From positions 58,670 to 122,669 of the IMG/VR virus record IMGVR_UViG_3300020455_000006: a stretch of DNA of 64,000 nucleotides. One strand, given 5' to 3'. Position 1 is the stretch's first letter. Each line of letters starts with the position of its first letter. Of the stretch, positions 15,329-25,609 are shown in pieces. The position numbers and the translations under genes were made by a program. The notes under the pieces are model-generated. The model was not told where the DNA came from. It worked only from the letters and a program-made list of their open reading frames with translations, and searched no databases. This DNA comes from a virus.

Positions 15329-17436
15329 TGGCACTGCAACAATACACAAACCTCAATTTTGAGGATATAAAAATTTCAATTAAGGATTACCTTAGATCAA
15401 ACAGTAACTTTACTGATTTTGATTTTGAAGGTTCCAACTTATCAGTATTGATTAATCTGTTAGCATATAACACTTATATTACAGCGTTCAATACTAATAT
15501 GGCAGTCAATGAGACATTCATTGACAGTGCTACTTTGAGAGAAAATGTAGTCTCGTTGGCAAGAAATATTGGATATGTTCCTAGATCTAGAAGAGCAGCA
15601 AAAGCAAAGGTAGATTATAATATTTCAGACTTAGATAGTACAGTAACACAAATAAACTTTGTACCTGGTATTTTATCCAATGGTAGAGTATCTAACACAA
15701 GTTATATCTTCTCCTTACCAGAGCGAGTTTCAGGTACCGCAGAGAACGGAGAATCAGTTGGAACTCTAGAGATATATCAAGGTCAATATCTAGAAACTAA
15801 TTTTATTGTTGATAGTGCTCAAAAAAATCAAAGATATATTCTTCCTAATGAGGGTATAGACACATCAACAATTAGAGTCAAAGTAAGAGATAATGCTGCA
15901 TCCACATCAGAAACAGAATTCAAGTTAGTTGACAATATCTTAGGTATTACATCGACATCGAACATTTATTTACTACAAGAGACAACAGATGAAAGGTATG
16001 AACTATTATTTGGTGACAATATCTTTGGAAAAAAATTGGATAGTGGAAACGTGGTCGAGATATCCTATATCCGCACTAATGGTTCTGCAGGTAATGGTGT
16101 TAGGGACTTTTCATTCTCTGGTAGACTTCTAGATCAAAATGGTGCACTTCTACAGAACTATACACCCATACTAACGGTCAATCAACCATCTGATAATGGC
16201 GATGAGATAGAATCCCTACAGAGTGTCAAATACTATGCTCCAAGGCGATATGCGTCGCAACACAGAGCAGTTACAGCGTCTGACTATGAAGCAATACTTC
16301 CAACTGTATATTCTAATATCGAATCAGTCAGTGCCTATGGTGGAGAAGACTTAGAACCCCCTCAGTATGGAAGAGTGTTCATTGCAGCAAAACCTAGAAA
16401 TGGTAATTTCTTATCTGACTTTACTAAGAAAGAAATATTGTCATCTTTGAAAAGTTATTCTGTGGCAGGGATTGTTCCTGAATTTGTGGATCTGAAGTTC
16501 ATGTATGTTGAGATTGATAGCACCATCTATTATAACGCTAACTTTGTAGGTGATCCTGATAATCTAAGAACTCAAGTTGTATCTGCAATTACATCATTCG
16601 CAGGGGGGACAGAATTGAACAAGTTTGGTGGTAGATTCAAATATAGTAAAATATTGTCCTTAATTGACAGCGTGAATACATCCATAACATCTAACATCAC
16701 AACAGTCAGAATAAGAAGAAATCTCAATGCAAAGATCAATCAATTCGCACAGTACGAACTATGTTACGATAATACGTTTTATGCTCCTAATTCTTCTTAT
16801 AATATCAAATCGACAGGTTTCTCGATTTCAGGAACGGTTGGCACAGTATACTTCAGTGATGAAAAGATAGCAGATACCGATAAAGGTAACTTGGTACTTT
16901 TCCAAATTGTATCAGATGCTGATATCAAAATTCTCTCTAAATCCTTTGGTACTATTGATTATAAGAAGGGAGAAATCATTATAGATACTGTGAATATAAC
17001 ATCGACTGTACAACCTAACAATATTGTTGAGGTTCAAGCAACTCCTGAATCAAATGATGTATTAGCAAGAAAAGAATTGTATTTACAGTTTGATGTTAGT
17101 ATGAGTAACTTTTATATGAGGCAAGACTCTATTGCTTCGGGTGCAAATACATCAGGTACAAGATTTGATGTACAGTCAAGTTACTCAAATGGTCAAAAAG
17201 TAAGAGGTGCTATTATATCAAGCACTACAGGATCTAAAAAGTTAGTAGGTTACGTAGATGGACAACCATATTTCGGACCTTTCCATACTATGAATAATGG
17301 GGCGAAAATGACAGGAGCGAGTCATTCAGATTCAAGTAAACTCATCACATCTACACCCAATATTCTATCTGATTCATCAACCTCAACTTCAACTTCGTCA
17401 TCAACACCATCTAGCAGATCTGGTTCTGGGTATTAA
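15328..17436 (+). CDS. gp6: Baseplate wedge subunit gp6
   Basis: FTDFDFEGS, SATLRENVVSLARNIGY, RAVTASDY. Confidence 0.95.
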   Translation: MALQQYTNLNFEDIKISIKDYLRSNSNFTDFDFEGSNLSVLINLLAYNTYITAFNTNMAVNETFIDSATLRENVVSLARNIGYVPRSRRAAKAKVDYNISDLDSTVTQINFVPGILSNGRVSNTSYIFSLPERVSGTAENGESVGTLEIYQGQYLETNFIVDSAQKNQRYILPNEGIDTSTIRVKVRDNAASTSETEFKLVDNILGITSTSNIYLLQETTDERYELLFGDNIFGKKLDSGNVVEISYIRTNGSAGNGVRDFSFSGRLLDQNGALLQNYTPILTVNQPSDNGDEIESLQSVKYYAPRRYASQHRAVTASDYEAILPTVYSNIESVSAYGGEDLEPPQYGRVFIAAKPRNGNFLSDFTKKEILSSLKSYSVAGIVPEFVDLKFMYVEIDSTIYYNANFVGDPDNLRTQVVSAITSFAGGTELNKFGGRFKYSKILSLIDSVNTSITSNITTVRIRRNLNAKINQFAQYELCYDNTFYAPNSSYNIKSTGFSISGTVGTVYFSDEKIADTDKGNLVLFQIVSDADIKILSKSFGTIDYKKGEIIIDTVNITSTVQPNNIVEVQATPESNDVLARKELYLQFDVSMSNFYMRQDSIASGANTSGTRFDVQSSYSNGQKVRGAIISSTTGSKKLVGYVDGQPYFGPFHTMNNGAKMTGASHSDSSKLITSTPNILSDSSTSTSTSSSTPSSRSGSGY

Positions 17437-20400
17437 TGATAAACACATCAATAACTAAAGTCAAAATTCATGAGGTAGTAAGGAGCCAAATTCCTTCATC
17501 TATCCAATTAGAAAATCCAAACTTTGAAAACTTCTTAGAGCAATACTATATTTCTCAAGAATATCAAGGGGGAACGGTTGATATTGCCGATAATATTATT
17601 GAGTATAAAAGTCTAGATTTTCTGAATAATGAAACTCTGACTGGATTCACATCTCTTACCTCACCTCTTAGTTTCGTAAGTCAAACAATATACGTAGATT
17701 CTACAAAGGGTTGGCCAGAGTCATATGGTCTACTAAAAATTGATAATGAGATAATCACATACACAGGAATAGGTAGCACAGCATTCTTTGGATGCGTCAG
17801 AGGATTTAGTGGGATAGAAAATAATAGTAAAACAAATCAACCAGAGAGTCTTACATTTACAAGTAGTGGTATAACAACTCATGCAGCAGATACTCGTGTC
17901 AATAATCTAAGTAATGTTTTTCTTTCCCAATTTTTGAAGAAGATGAAAAAGCAGGTGTTACCTGGTTTTTCTGAAAGAAGACTCAATAGTGTACTAAATC
18001 AACCTAATTTTATAAGACAATCAACAGATTTCTATAAGTCAAAAGGTACAGAAGAAGCGTTCAAAATATTATTTGGTGCGTTGTATAATGAAACGGTTGA
18101 GATGATTCAACCCGCAAAATTCATGATGAGACCATCTGATGCGGATTATATTGTCGCAGATCTTGTATTATGTGAGGTGGTAAGCGGTAATCCACTAAAG
18201 ATAGAAGGTCAAACTCTTACCCAAGGCGGTGTCAGTGGTTCTATCTATCGTGTAGAGAGATCATTTGTAGGTGAAAAGGATTATTACCAAATAGGAATAT
18301 CAAAAGGAACGCAGATTGGTGAGTTTCAACAAACAGCAAAAACTTTTATAACAAAGACTGTAGGTATCAATACAACGATTATTGATGTTGACAGTACAGT
18401 TAGTTTTGATAGCACTGGTAATTTGACTATTGGTGAAATAATTTTACCCTATACTTCAAAAAACTACACACAGTTTGTAGGAGTTAGCACATACTCCTCT
18501 GCAATCAGTATTGGTTCAACCGTTACACAAGGTGGGGTGGCAATATCTTATGAAGATGGTGACATCAATTCAGAGGTAAGACTCAAAATACTTGGTGTTA
18601 TTAATAAATTTAATGGGTCTGCGAAAACTCAACAAACAGGTAGTTCGATTAATGTAAGTACTTTAGGTATTGAAAATACAGAAAAAAGATTTACTACATG
18701 GATTGGAAATACTGCTGCAAGATATGAAATCAATACTATAACTCAAATATCACCAAATAATTATAGTATTGTATTATTAGGCGATCATGCTTTATATACA
18801 GGTGATACTATTGATATAATTGATCTCAGCATTGCAGGTCAAGGAGTTATTATTCAAGGTAGTATCACAGGTACACCATTATCAGATACTATAAGAGTCA
18901 ACGCTCCAAATATTGATGTCGATGGTTCATATTTTATTAGAAGACAACTCAAAACAAAGAATGGTGAAGCAGTAGACGTACAAAATTCATATTCAAAAGG
19001 ACAAGAAGTTTATGTCGCATCTAATAGTTTACCTCACTGGCAGATAAACCCACAAAAAAGAATAAGAACTTTCTCTACAGCAGGTATAACAACTGATACA
19101 AGTCAATTTACTGTAAATGACCACAACTATAATGATGGTGAATTAGTTTACTACACATCTGATTCCGTAAAACTTACAAATCTCCTTGAGAATCAACCAT
19201 ACTATGTCAAGAAGATTGATCAGAATACACTAGCACTTGCATACACCCCTGAAAACGTCCGTAGAGGGCAGTATATCACTTCGGTGGTAGGATCTGATCT
19301 ATCAGGTATTACAACCCATTTCTTGACCCCTCAGTTGGTTTATAACACATCTGTAGCTGGTCAAAGAATTTTACGTAAGTTTCCTGTGCCTGAGTATAGC
19401 ACAGAAAAAGAAAAGACAGAGCAGGGTGGTATAGGTTTATTTGCTAATGGTGTTGAGATTTACTCATACAAATCTACTGATAAGGTTTATTACGGTTCTC
19501 TAAGAACTGTTGATGTTCTCAATACTGGATCTGGGTATGACGTTATCAACAGACCAAGACTCTCTGTGTCTCAGTCGGGTCATAGTGGTATAGGTGCATC
19601 AGTCGTATCACAAGTATCGGGAAGCATCACAGATGTCCTTGTAGACACACCAGGTGTTGATTATCAAGAAGATCCTAATGTAACCATTCTTGGTGGTAAT
19701 AATACTTCTGCTGTATTGAGACCTAAAATGAAATTTACACCACAAGTGGTTGAATTTGATTCTACCACGACTGGTGGTGTTGTTGATACATCTCTAAACA
19801 AATTTGTATTCAAAACTCCTCATGGATTGAAACCTGGCGAAGAGATCATATACAGTACAAATAATACAGACGCTATTGGTATTGGAACTACACCTGCTAA
19901 ACTAATTGATAATGCATCATATTTTGTCAATTACATCAATGAACATGAAATACATTTAGCAGATAATAATTCTGACGCATTATTAGGGACTGGTGTAATT
20001 CCTATATCTGGTAGTGGTGCTGGTACACATCAATTCAAAACATTCATTTTTAGAAAAAAAGTAGATAAAATTCTTGTTGAGAATAATAGTGTATTCCATA
20101 ACAGATTGGTTTCTACAATTTCAGGAATCAACACATATACAGATACAATCCATATTGATAATCATGGTTTTGAATCTGGTGAGATTGTAAAATACACACA
20201 AGGTGCAGGTGCGATTGGTGGGATGACAAATGAGAAAGAATACTTTATAATTAAACTAACAGATAACTCATTCAGAGTATCGATATCAACCAGTTTATTA
20301 GATTATGTCAATCTTACATCTACAGGTAGCGGAGGACAAACTTTTCAGGATCCTCCTATTAACATTAGAATTGAAGGAAGACAAGGAATTACAACTGCCA

Positions 20401-23400
20401 ACGCAACCGCTACACCCGTCATTAGGGGAAGCATTGACGCAGTTCATGTCTCTAGAATTGGTTCTGAGTACGGTTCTACGGTTATAAATGATAACTTCAA
20501 ACCTAGTATCGATACACAGGAGGGTAAAAATGCCTTCCTACAACCGTTTATTGTAAATGGTCGTGTAGATCAAATCATCATCAAGTATGGTGGAGAAAAT
20601 TTCTTTAGTACACCAGACATCACGATAACTGGTGATGGTATAGGTGCTAAAGCAAAAGCAGTCGTATCTGGTGGGCAGATAGTATCAATCGAAATGATTG
20701 AGAAAGGTGCTGGATATACACAACCTAATACTACTGTATCAGCAAAAACACCAGGTTCAGGTGCGATATATTCTGCGAATATAGATAACTGGACTGTAAA
20801 TCAAGTAGCGAGATATGCGAAGAGTGGTGATATGTCACAGGATGACGGTTTCTATGAAACCGCAACATCACTGGGCAACCCTTATGTAAACTACTTTGTT
20901 CCTCGTAACCTACGTGATTTCTTCAATGATAAGGGAGTTGAACACTCACCTATCTTAGGATATGCGTATGATGGTCATCCAATATACGGACCTCTTTGCT
21001 TCAAAAACGCAGATGGTACAGGTGGTATCACATACTTACAGTCAAGTTACAAACCACTGACTAGGGTAGACGGACCTCCAACATCTCAGTACCCATCAGG
21101 ATTTTTCATAGAGGATTATACTTATGTTGAAGGATTGGGCGATCTTGACGAGCATAATGGCAGATTTGCAATTACTCCTGATTATCCAAACGGAATTTAT
21201 GCATACTACACAACAGTCGAGATTGGAATTAACGGAAACACTAATAGTCCTTTTTTCAATGTCAGAGAACCTCAATTCCCATATGTAATTGGTGACACAT
21301 ATAATTCAAAATATGATTCATTCAATAGTGATTTAACATCTAATCAGGATCTTGATCCAGTAGCACTTGGATTAGTTAGAAATACAAGACCACATAAAAC
21401 AAAGAACTACGAGTTTATATCAAACTCAAATAAGAATACAAAAGAAACAAGTAAAATAGTATCTGTTCAATCGGGTTCTATTGATGATATCACTATTGTA
21501 AGAGATGGTGAGAACTATAATGTAGGAGATAAACTTGTTTTTGATAATACAGATACAAAAGGATTTGGTGCTGTTGGTGAGATTTCTGAAGTTATAGGAC
21601 CAGGCATATCTTCAATTTCATCAGAAATAATTGATTATACAAATATCAAATTTATTTCTGATGGTAAACTAGCAACTGGTATATTCACAGGTGCTCATGG
21701 TCTTTCAAATTCTATAGATGTAATAATACATGGTGCTTCAGATACTTTCGATGGAAATCATAAAATCAAAGTAAGAGAGGTAAGTTCTGGTTTAGGAACT
21801 GCTATGTTGAGTGTGGGTCTTACAACGAGTGTAAGAATGCAAGAGTCAGTCAATAAATTCGGTATCAATGATATTCTAAAAATAGAATCTGAAGAGTTTA
21901 TTATCTTTGGTATTGACACTCTACATAATGAACTTGATTTACTTCGTGCCCAAAATGGCACAGTTGCAGCAGCACATACCTATGGCACTTCAGTCGTAAG
22001 ATTAGAAAAAGAATTCAAGTTTACACCTAAGAATAATACTTTGGTAGAAGGTGAGGTAGCACAATATTTCAGAGGTGATGGTGACGTAGGAGTTGGTCTT
22101 ACCTTTGGTGTAGGTATTGGATCTACAGTATCAACACTTGATTTTGGCGATCAGTTCATACCAAATAGAACAATCTTTTTACCAAGACATCTATTCAGAG
22201 ATGGTGAGAAAGTAACCTACTCACCTGGTGCTGGTACTTCACTTACATATCAAACAGATGCAATGAAGCGTGTGGCTGGTGGATTCAAACGTCCATTACC
22301 ACCCGATGTATTCATCAAAATTATTGACGCTAACAAAGTTGGTATAGTAACAACACTGTCAGGCATTAGTTCAGACTTACAGCAAGTCATGTTTGATGAT
22401 GCTACAGGAATTGGTAACACTCACTCATTCGTATCACAAAGAAGCAATGTAAATGGTGATTTACAGATTAATGAGGTTACTGTACATACTCTCTTACCAC
22501 ATACCCTAAAAGCAAAAGATACTATTGATCTAACAGTAGTCTCAGCTGCTACTATCACTGTGGTTGCAACTTACAGTGATAATACAAGATTTGTAAGTGT
22601 GGGTTCATCTATCAATCCTCCTATAAGTGTAACCACTGGTGACATATTAACTTTTGATTTGTCTTCAACAACACTTGCTGATGTTAACTTAGATTTCTAT
22701 GAGGATCAAAACTTCAAAAAAGAATTTGTTGGATCTGGTAAGTCTGCAATCGAGATCACAAGTTCTGGTGTACCTGGTGATGCTCTTGCAACTAAGACTG
22801 TAAGATTTACTAAGGAAGTTCCTGATGTATTGTATTACAATTTTTCAAGTAAAGACAACAGTAAAATTATTGAAATAGATGATCAAATATCTGACTATGG
22901 TAAGATAACTGTAAATGATAGTAAGTATAATATAAGAACTGGAATCAGCACTGTTACATCAACAACTTTCAAGTATAATCTTTCTGTAATACCAGAAAGA
23001 GTTGGTTATACAACGATATCAGATATAAGATACACTACAACTTCAAAGACTGTCACAGGTCCTCTTGGTAGAATTCTTTTGACCTCTGGTGGCTCATCTT
23101 ATAAAGATATACCAAGAGTATCAGTTGCTTCAACCACAGGTTCTTCATCCGATCTCAAGGCAAAATCAAATAATATTGGATTTATTGATAAAGTAAATGT
23201 TATAGACTTTGGTTTTGACTATCCGTCAGATAGAACCTTGAAACCACAGGCAGCAATGCCACAGGTCTTCTTCTTGAAAGATAACTTTGCTGTTGATTCT
23301 GTTGGTATAACCTCAACAGGAAACAATTATCTTACTGCACCCAACCTTGTTCTATTCAACTCTAAAACAAATACAGTAAATGAACAGGCACAATTTGTTC

Positions 23401-25601
23401 CTGAGATGACAGGTGGTAGTGTAAATAATGTCAAGATAATCAAGAGTGGTGGTAACCTATCAGCTGGAGATGGTAAATTACTTGCAGTTGATAATACGAA
23501 TGGTGTTGGTATTATAAGTGCAACTTATTCTGAACCCCTGAAAACAGTTACACTAAGACTAAAAACTCCATCCCCTCTTGGATTTGGATCAATGAGTTTC
23601 CCATTCTCTATAGGAGATAAAGTATTTGTAGAAAACTTGGGTGTAACCACAGGTAATGGATATAATTCTGTTGATTACGATTATCAATATTTCACTTTGA
23701 CAGGTGTTACAACAAATCCAGGTCAAGTCAATCAAGCACTAATATCATATTCAGTGCCTTCAGCACCTGGTGTTCACGATAGTGGTAATTATGGCACAGT
23801 TGCAAATAAAAAAGATATTGCACAATTTGATTTGTCACTTATCGAAAGTGTTTTCGTCAATAATGAAATTATTTACAGTGGTAAGAACGAAGCAAGAGTT
23901 ATTCTTGGTGATGGTAAAACTACAAATGTACTGAGGGTTGATAGTGTAGTTGGATTCAATACAGGTGATCAAATAATAGGTAAGATATCAAACGGTGGTG
24001 GTACTATTGAAAGTATTCAAAGTTATAGTGGTGACTTTGATACTGGTGTTTCTGTAGAAAAAATATATGGATGGGAGAAAGATACAGGTAAACTAAATCA
24101 GTTCAATCAAAGAATACAGGATAGTGATTACTATCAGAACTTTGCATACTCTCTTAAGAGTTTTGTTGGTATAAGTTCATGGAGTGAACCAGTTGATTCA
24201 TTAGCACATATTGGTGGATTCAAGAAACACTCTGATCATATTATAACCTCTGCTCCTATAGGAATTGGAACAACTGCAACAATTACTGCAGTAGGAACTG
24301 CTGGCACATCTGTAATCTTGATAGACAATGAAGCGAAAGTTTATGAAAGACATGATCATGATACAGGATATGAATTACCTAATGAGGTAGAAAATATTAG
24401 TGATGAGGTTGTATTCAAACATAGTAGGTTTGGTGATTCACTTTTATGTAAAACTAATAGAGTTCTTGAAATAGATGACATCAGCCCACAGTTCTATAGT
24501 GACCCTGACAAAATAAGAGAAGTTGAAATTGATACTTTTGATTCTTCATCATTCTCTGCTGTAAAATATTATGCACAAGTTGTTCTTGATTCTTCTCTCG
24601 GTGTAACATACAATGCAACTCAGTATTGTGAATTCATAGTTACACATGATAATACTAAAGTTTACATCAACCAGTATTCAGATTTATCTGATGCTTTTGA
24701 TTTAGGTGAATTTACCGCAACAATATCAGGCAAAACAATATCAGTTTCATTTACACCATACAATGCATCATTTACTTATGATGTGACTTTCCATAAAGAA
24801 GGTATACCAAATAGTGTGAGTGCGGGTACAACTGCTTTTGCTCATATCGAAAAGACTGGTATCTCATCTGCATACGCTGCATCAGGGTCTCCATCCACTG
24901 TAGTATTCTTTGAGGTAGATGCAACTAAATTCCAAAGTGGTGATGTTCTTGTTGTACACAATGGATCTGGTCAAAAGGAAATAGAAGAGTACAGTTTCTT
25001 ATGTAATGGTGCAAATAGTATTGATTTCACAGACTATACAAACATAGGATCTGGCACAACGCAAGGTAATTTTGATATTGACATGTCAAGTAATATCATT
25101 CAATTCAAGTATACACCTGTTGCAGGTATCGGAGTAACGATACAAACACTGACAACACTTGTTGGTATTGCTACCACAGTGTCATCTGTATCAAGCAATA
25201 TAATGAGTCTTGATATAGGTGATAGTGAATTGAATGCAACTAGAACTACTATTGGATCAGCTGCATCTCCATCTGCAACTATTGTTTCTACTAAGGCATA
25301 CAGTAATTACACGTCAATGCGATATACGGTTGAAATAGAGAATACAACTGATAATGAGCGATCAGTATTCAAAGTTTCCGCTAACTCATTTGGGGGTAAT
25401 GCAAACTTTGCAAAATACAATAACATTTCTAATGCTTCTGATCAAAAACGTGATATACGTAACACTGAACTTATATTGAGTGCTGGAAATGTTGTAATGA
25501 CATTTTTACCTTTAGCAAACAAGTCTTATGTTGTCAGGACAAGTGAAATTAGAATTGATAAACCAGATAATATACCTAACGATACCTCAATAACTCTCTA
25601 A
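17436..25601 (+). CDS. gp7: Very large baseplate wedge protein (gp7-like), 2721 aa
   Basis: FYKSKGT near the N-terminus, IQDSDYYQNFAYSLKS, YHYH-like segment (GYAYDGHPIYGP, DLDEHNGR); lies between gp6 and gp8. Confidence 0.72.
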   Translation: MINTSITKVKIHEVVRSQIPSSIQLENPNFENFLEQYYISQEYQGGTVDIADNIIEYKSLDFLNNETLTGFTSLTSPLSFVSQTIYVDSTKGWPESYGLLKIDNEIITYTGIGSTAFFGCVRGFSGIENNSKTNQPESLTFTSSGITTHAADTRVNNLSNVFLSQFLKKMKKQVLPGFSERRLNSVLNQPNFIRQSTDFYKSKGTEEAFKILFGALYNETVEMIQPAKFMMRPSDADYIVADLVLCEVVSGNPLKIEGQTLTQGGVSGSIYRVERSFVGEKDYYQIGISKGTQIGEFQQTAKTFITKTVGINTTIIDVDSTVSFDSTGNLTIGEIILPYTSKNYTQFVGVSTYSSAISIGSTVTQGGVAISYEDGDINSEVRLKILGVINKFNGSAKTQQTGSSINVSTLGIENTEKRFTTWIGNTAARYEINTITQISPNNYSIVLLGDHALYTGDTIDIIDLSIAGQGVIIQGSITGTPLSDTIRVNAPNIDVDGSYFIRRQLKTKNGEAVDVQNSYSKGQEVYVASNSLPHWQINPQKRIRTFSTAGITTDTSQFTVNDHNYNDGELVYYTSDSVKLTNLLENQPYYVKKIDQNTLALAYTPENVRRGQYITSVVGSDLSGITTHFLTPQLVYNTSVAGQRILRKFPVPEYSTEKEKTEQGGIGLFANGVEIYSYKSTDKVYYGSLRTVDVLNTGSGYDVINRPRLSVSQSGHSGIGASVVSQVSGSITDVLVDTPGVDYQEDPNVTILGGNNTSAVLRPKMKFTPQVVEFDSTTTGGVVDTSLNKFVFKTPHGLKPGEEIIYSTNNTDAIGIGTTPAKLIDNASYFVNYINEHEIHLADNNSDALLGTGVIPISGSGAGTHQFKTFIFRKKVDKILVENNSVFHNRLVSTISGINTYTDTIHIDNHGFESGEIVKYTQGAGAIGGMTNEKEYFIIKLTDNSFRVSISTSLLDYVNLTSTGSGGQTFQDPPINIRIEGRQGITTANATATPVIRGSIDAVHVSRIGSEYGSTVINDNFKPSIDTQEGKNAFLQPFIVNGRVDQIIIKYGGENFFSTPDITITGDGIGAKAKAVVSGGQIVSIEMIEKGAGYTQPNTTVSAKTPGSGAIYSANIDNWTVNQVARYAKSGDMSQDDGFYETATSLGNPYVNYFVPRNLRDFFNDKGVEHSPILGYAYDGHPIYGPLCFKNADGTGGITYLQSSYKPLTRVDGPPTSQYPSGFFIEDYTYVEGLGDLDEHNGRFAITPDYPNGIYAYYTTVEIGINGNTNSPFFNVREPQFPYVIGDTYNSKYDSFNSDLTSNQDLDPVALGLVRNTRPHKTKNYEFISNSNKNTKETSKIVSVQSGSIDDITIVRDGENYNVGDKLVFDNTDTKGFGAVGEISEVIGPGISSISSEIIDYTNIKFISDGKLATGIFTGAHGLSNSIDVIIHGASDTFDGNHKIKVREVSSGLGTAMLSVGLTTSVRMQESVNKFGINDILKIESEEFIIFGIDTLHNELDLLRAQNGTVAAAHTYGTSVVRLEKEFKFTPKNNTLVEGEVAQYFRGDGDVGVGLTFGVGIGSTVSTLDFGDQFIPNRTIFLPRHLFRDGEKVTYSPGAGTSLTYQTDAMKRVAGGFKRPLPPDVFIKIIDANKVGIVTTLSGISSDLQQVMFDDATGIGNTHSFVSQRSNVNGDLQINEVTVHTLLPHTLKAKDTIDLTVVSAATITVVATYSDNTRFVSVGSSINPPISVTTGDILTFDLSSTTLADVNLDFYEDQNFKKEFVGSGKSAIEITSSGVPGDALATKTVRFTKEVPDVLYYNFSSKDNSKIIEIDDQISDYGKITVNDSKYNIRTGISTVTSTTFKYNLSVIPERVGYTTISDIRYTTTSKTVTGPLGRILLTSGGSSYKDIPRVSVASTTGSSSDLKAKSNNIGFIDKVNVIDFGFDYPSDRTLKPQAAMPQVFFLKDNFAVDSVGITSTGNNYLTAPNLVLFNSKTNTVNEQAQFVPEMTGGSVNNVKIIKSGGNLSAGDGKLLAVDNTNGVGIISATYSEPLKTVTLRLKTPSPLGFGSMSFPFSIGDKVFVENLGVTTGNGYNSVDYDYQYFTLTGVTTNPGQVNQALISYSVPSAPGVHDSGNYGTVANKKDIAQFDLSLIESVFVNNEIIYSGKNEARVILGDGKTTNVLRVDSVVGFNTGDQIIGKISNGGGTIESIQSYSGDFDTGVSVEKIYGWEKDTGKLNQFNQRIQDSDYYQNFAYSLKSFVGISSWSEPVDSLAHIGGFKKHSDHIITSAPIGIGTTATITAVGTAGTSVILIDNEAKVYERHDHDTGYELPNEVENISDEVVFKHSRFGDSLLCKTNRVLEIDDISPQFYSDPDKIREVEIDTFDSSSFSAVKYYAQVVLDSSLGVTYNATQYCEFIVTHDNTKVYINQYSDLSDAFDLGEFTATISGKTISVSFTPYNASFTYDVTFHKEGIPNSVSAGTTAFAHIEKTGISSAYAASGSPSTVVFFEVDATKFQSGDVLVVHNGSGQKEIEEYSFLCNGANSIDFTDYTNIGSGTTQGNFDIDMSSNIIQFKYTPVAGIGVTIQTLTTLVGIATTVSSVSSNIMSLDIGDSELNATRTTIGSAASPSATIVSTKAYSNYTSMRYTVEIENTTDNERSVFKVSANSFGGNANFAKYNNISNASDQKRDIRNTELILSAGNVVMTFLPLANKSYVVRTSEIRIDKPDNIPNDTSITL

Positions 25602-25609
25602 ATATACCC

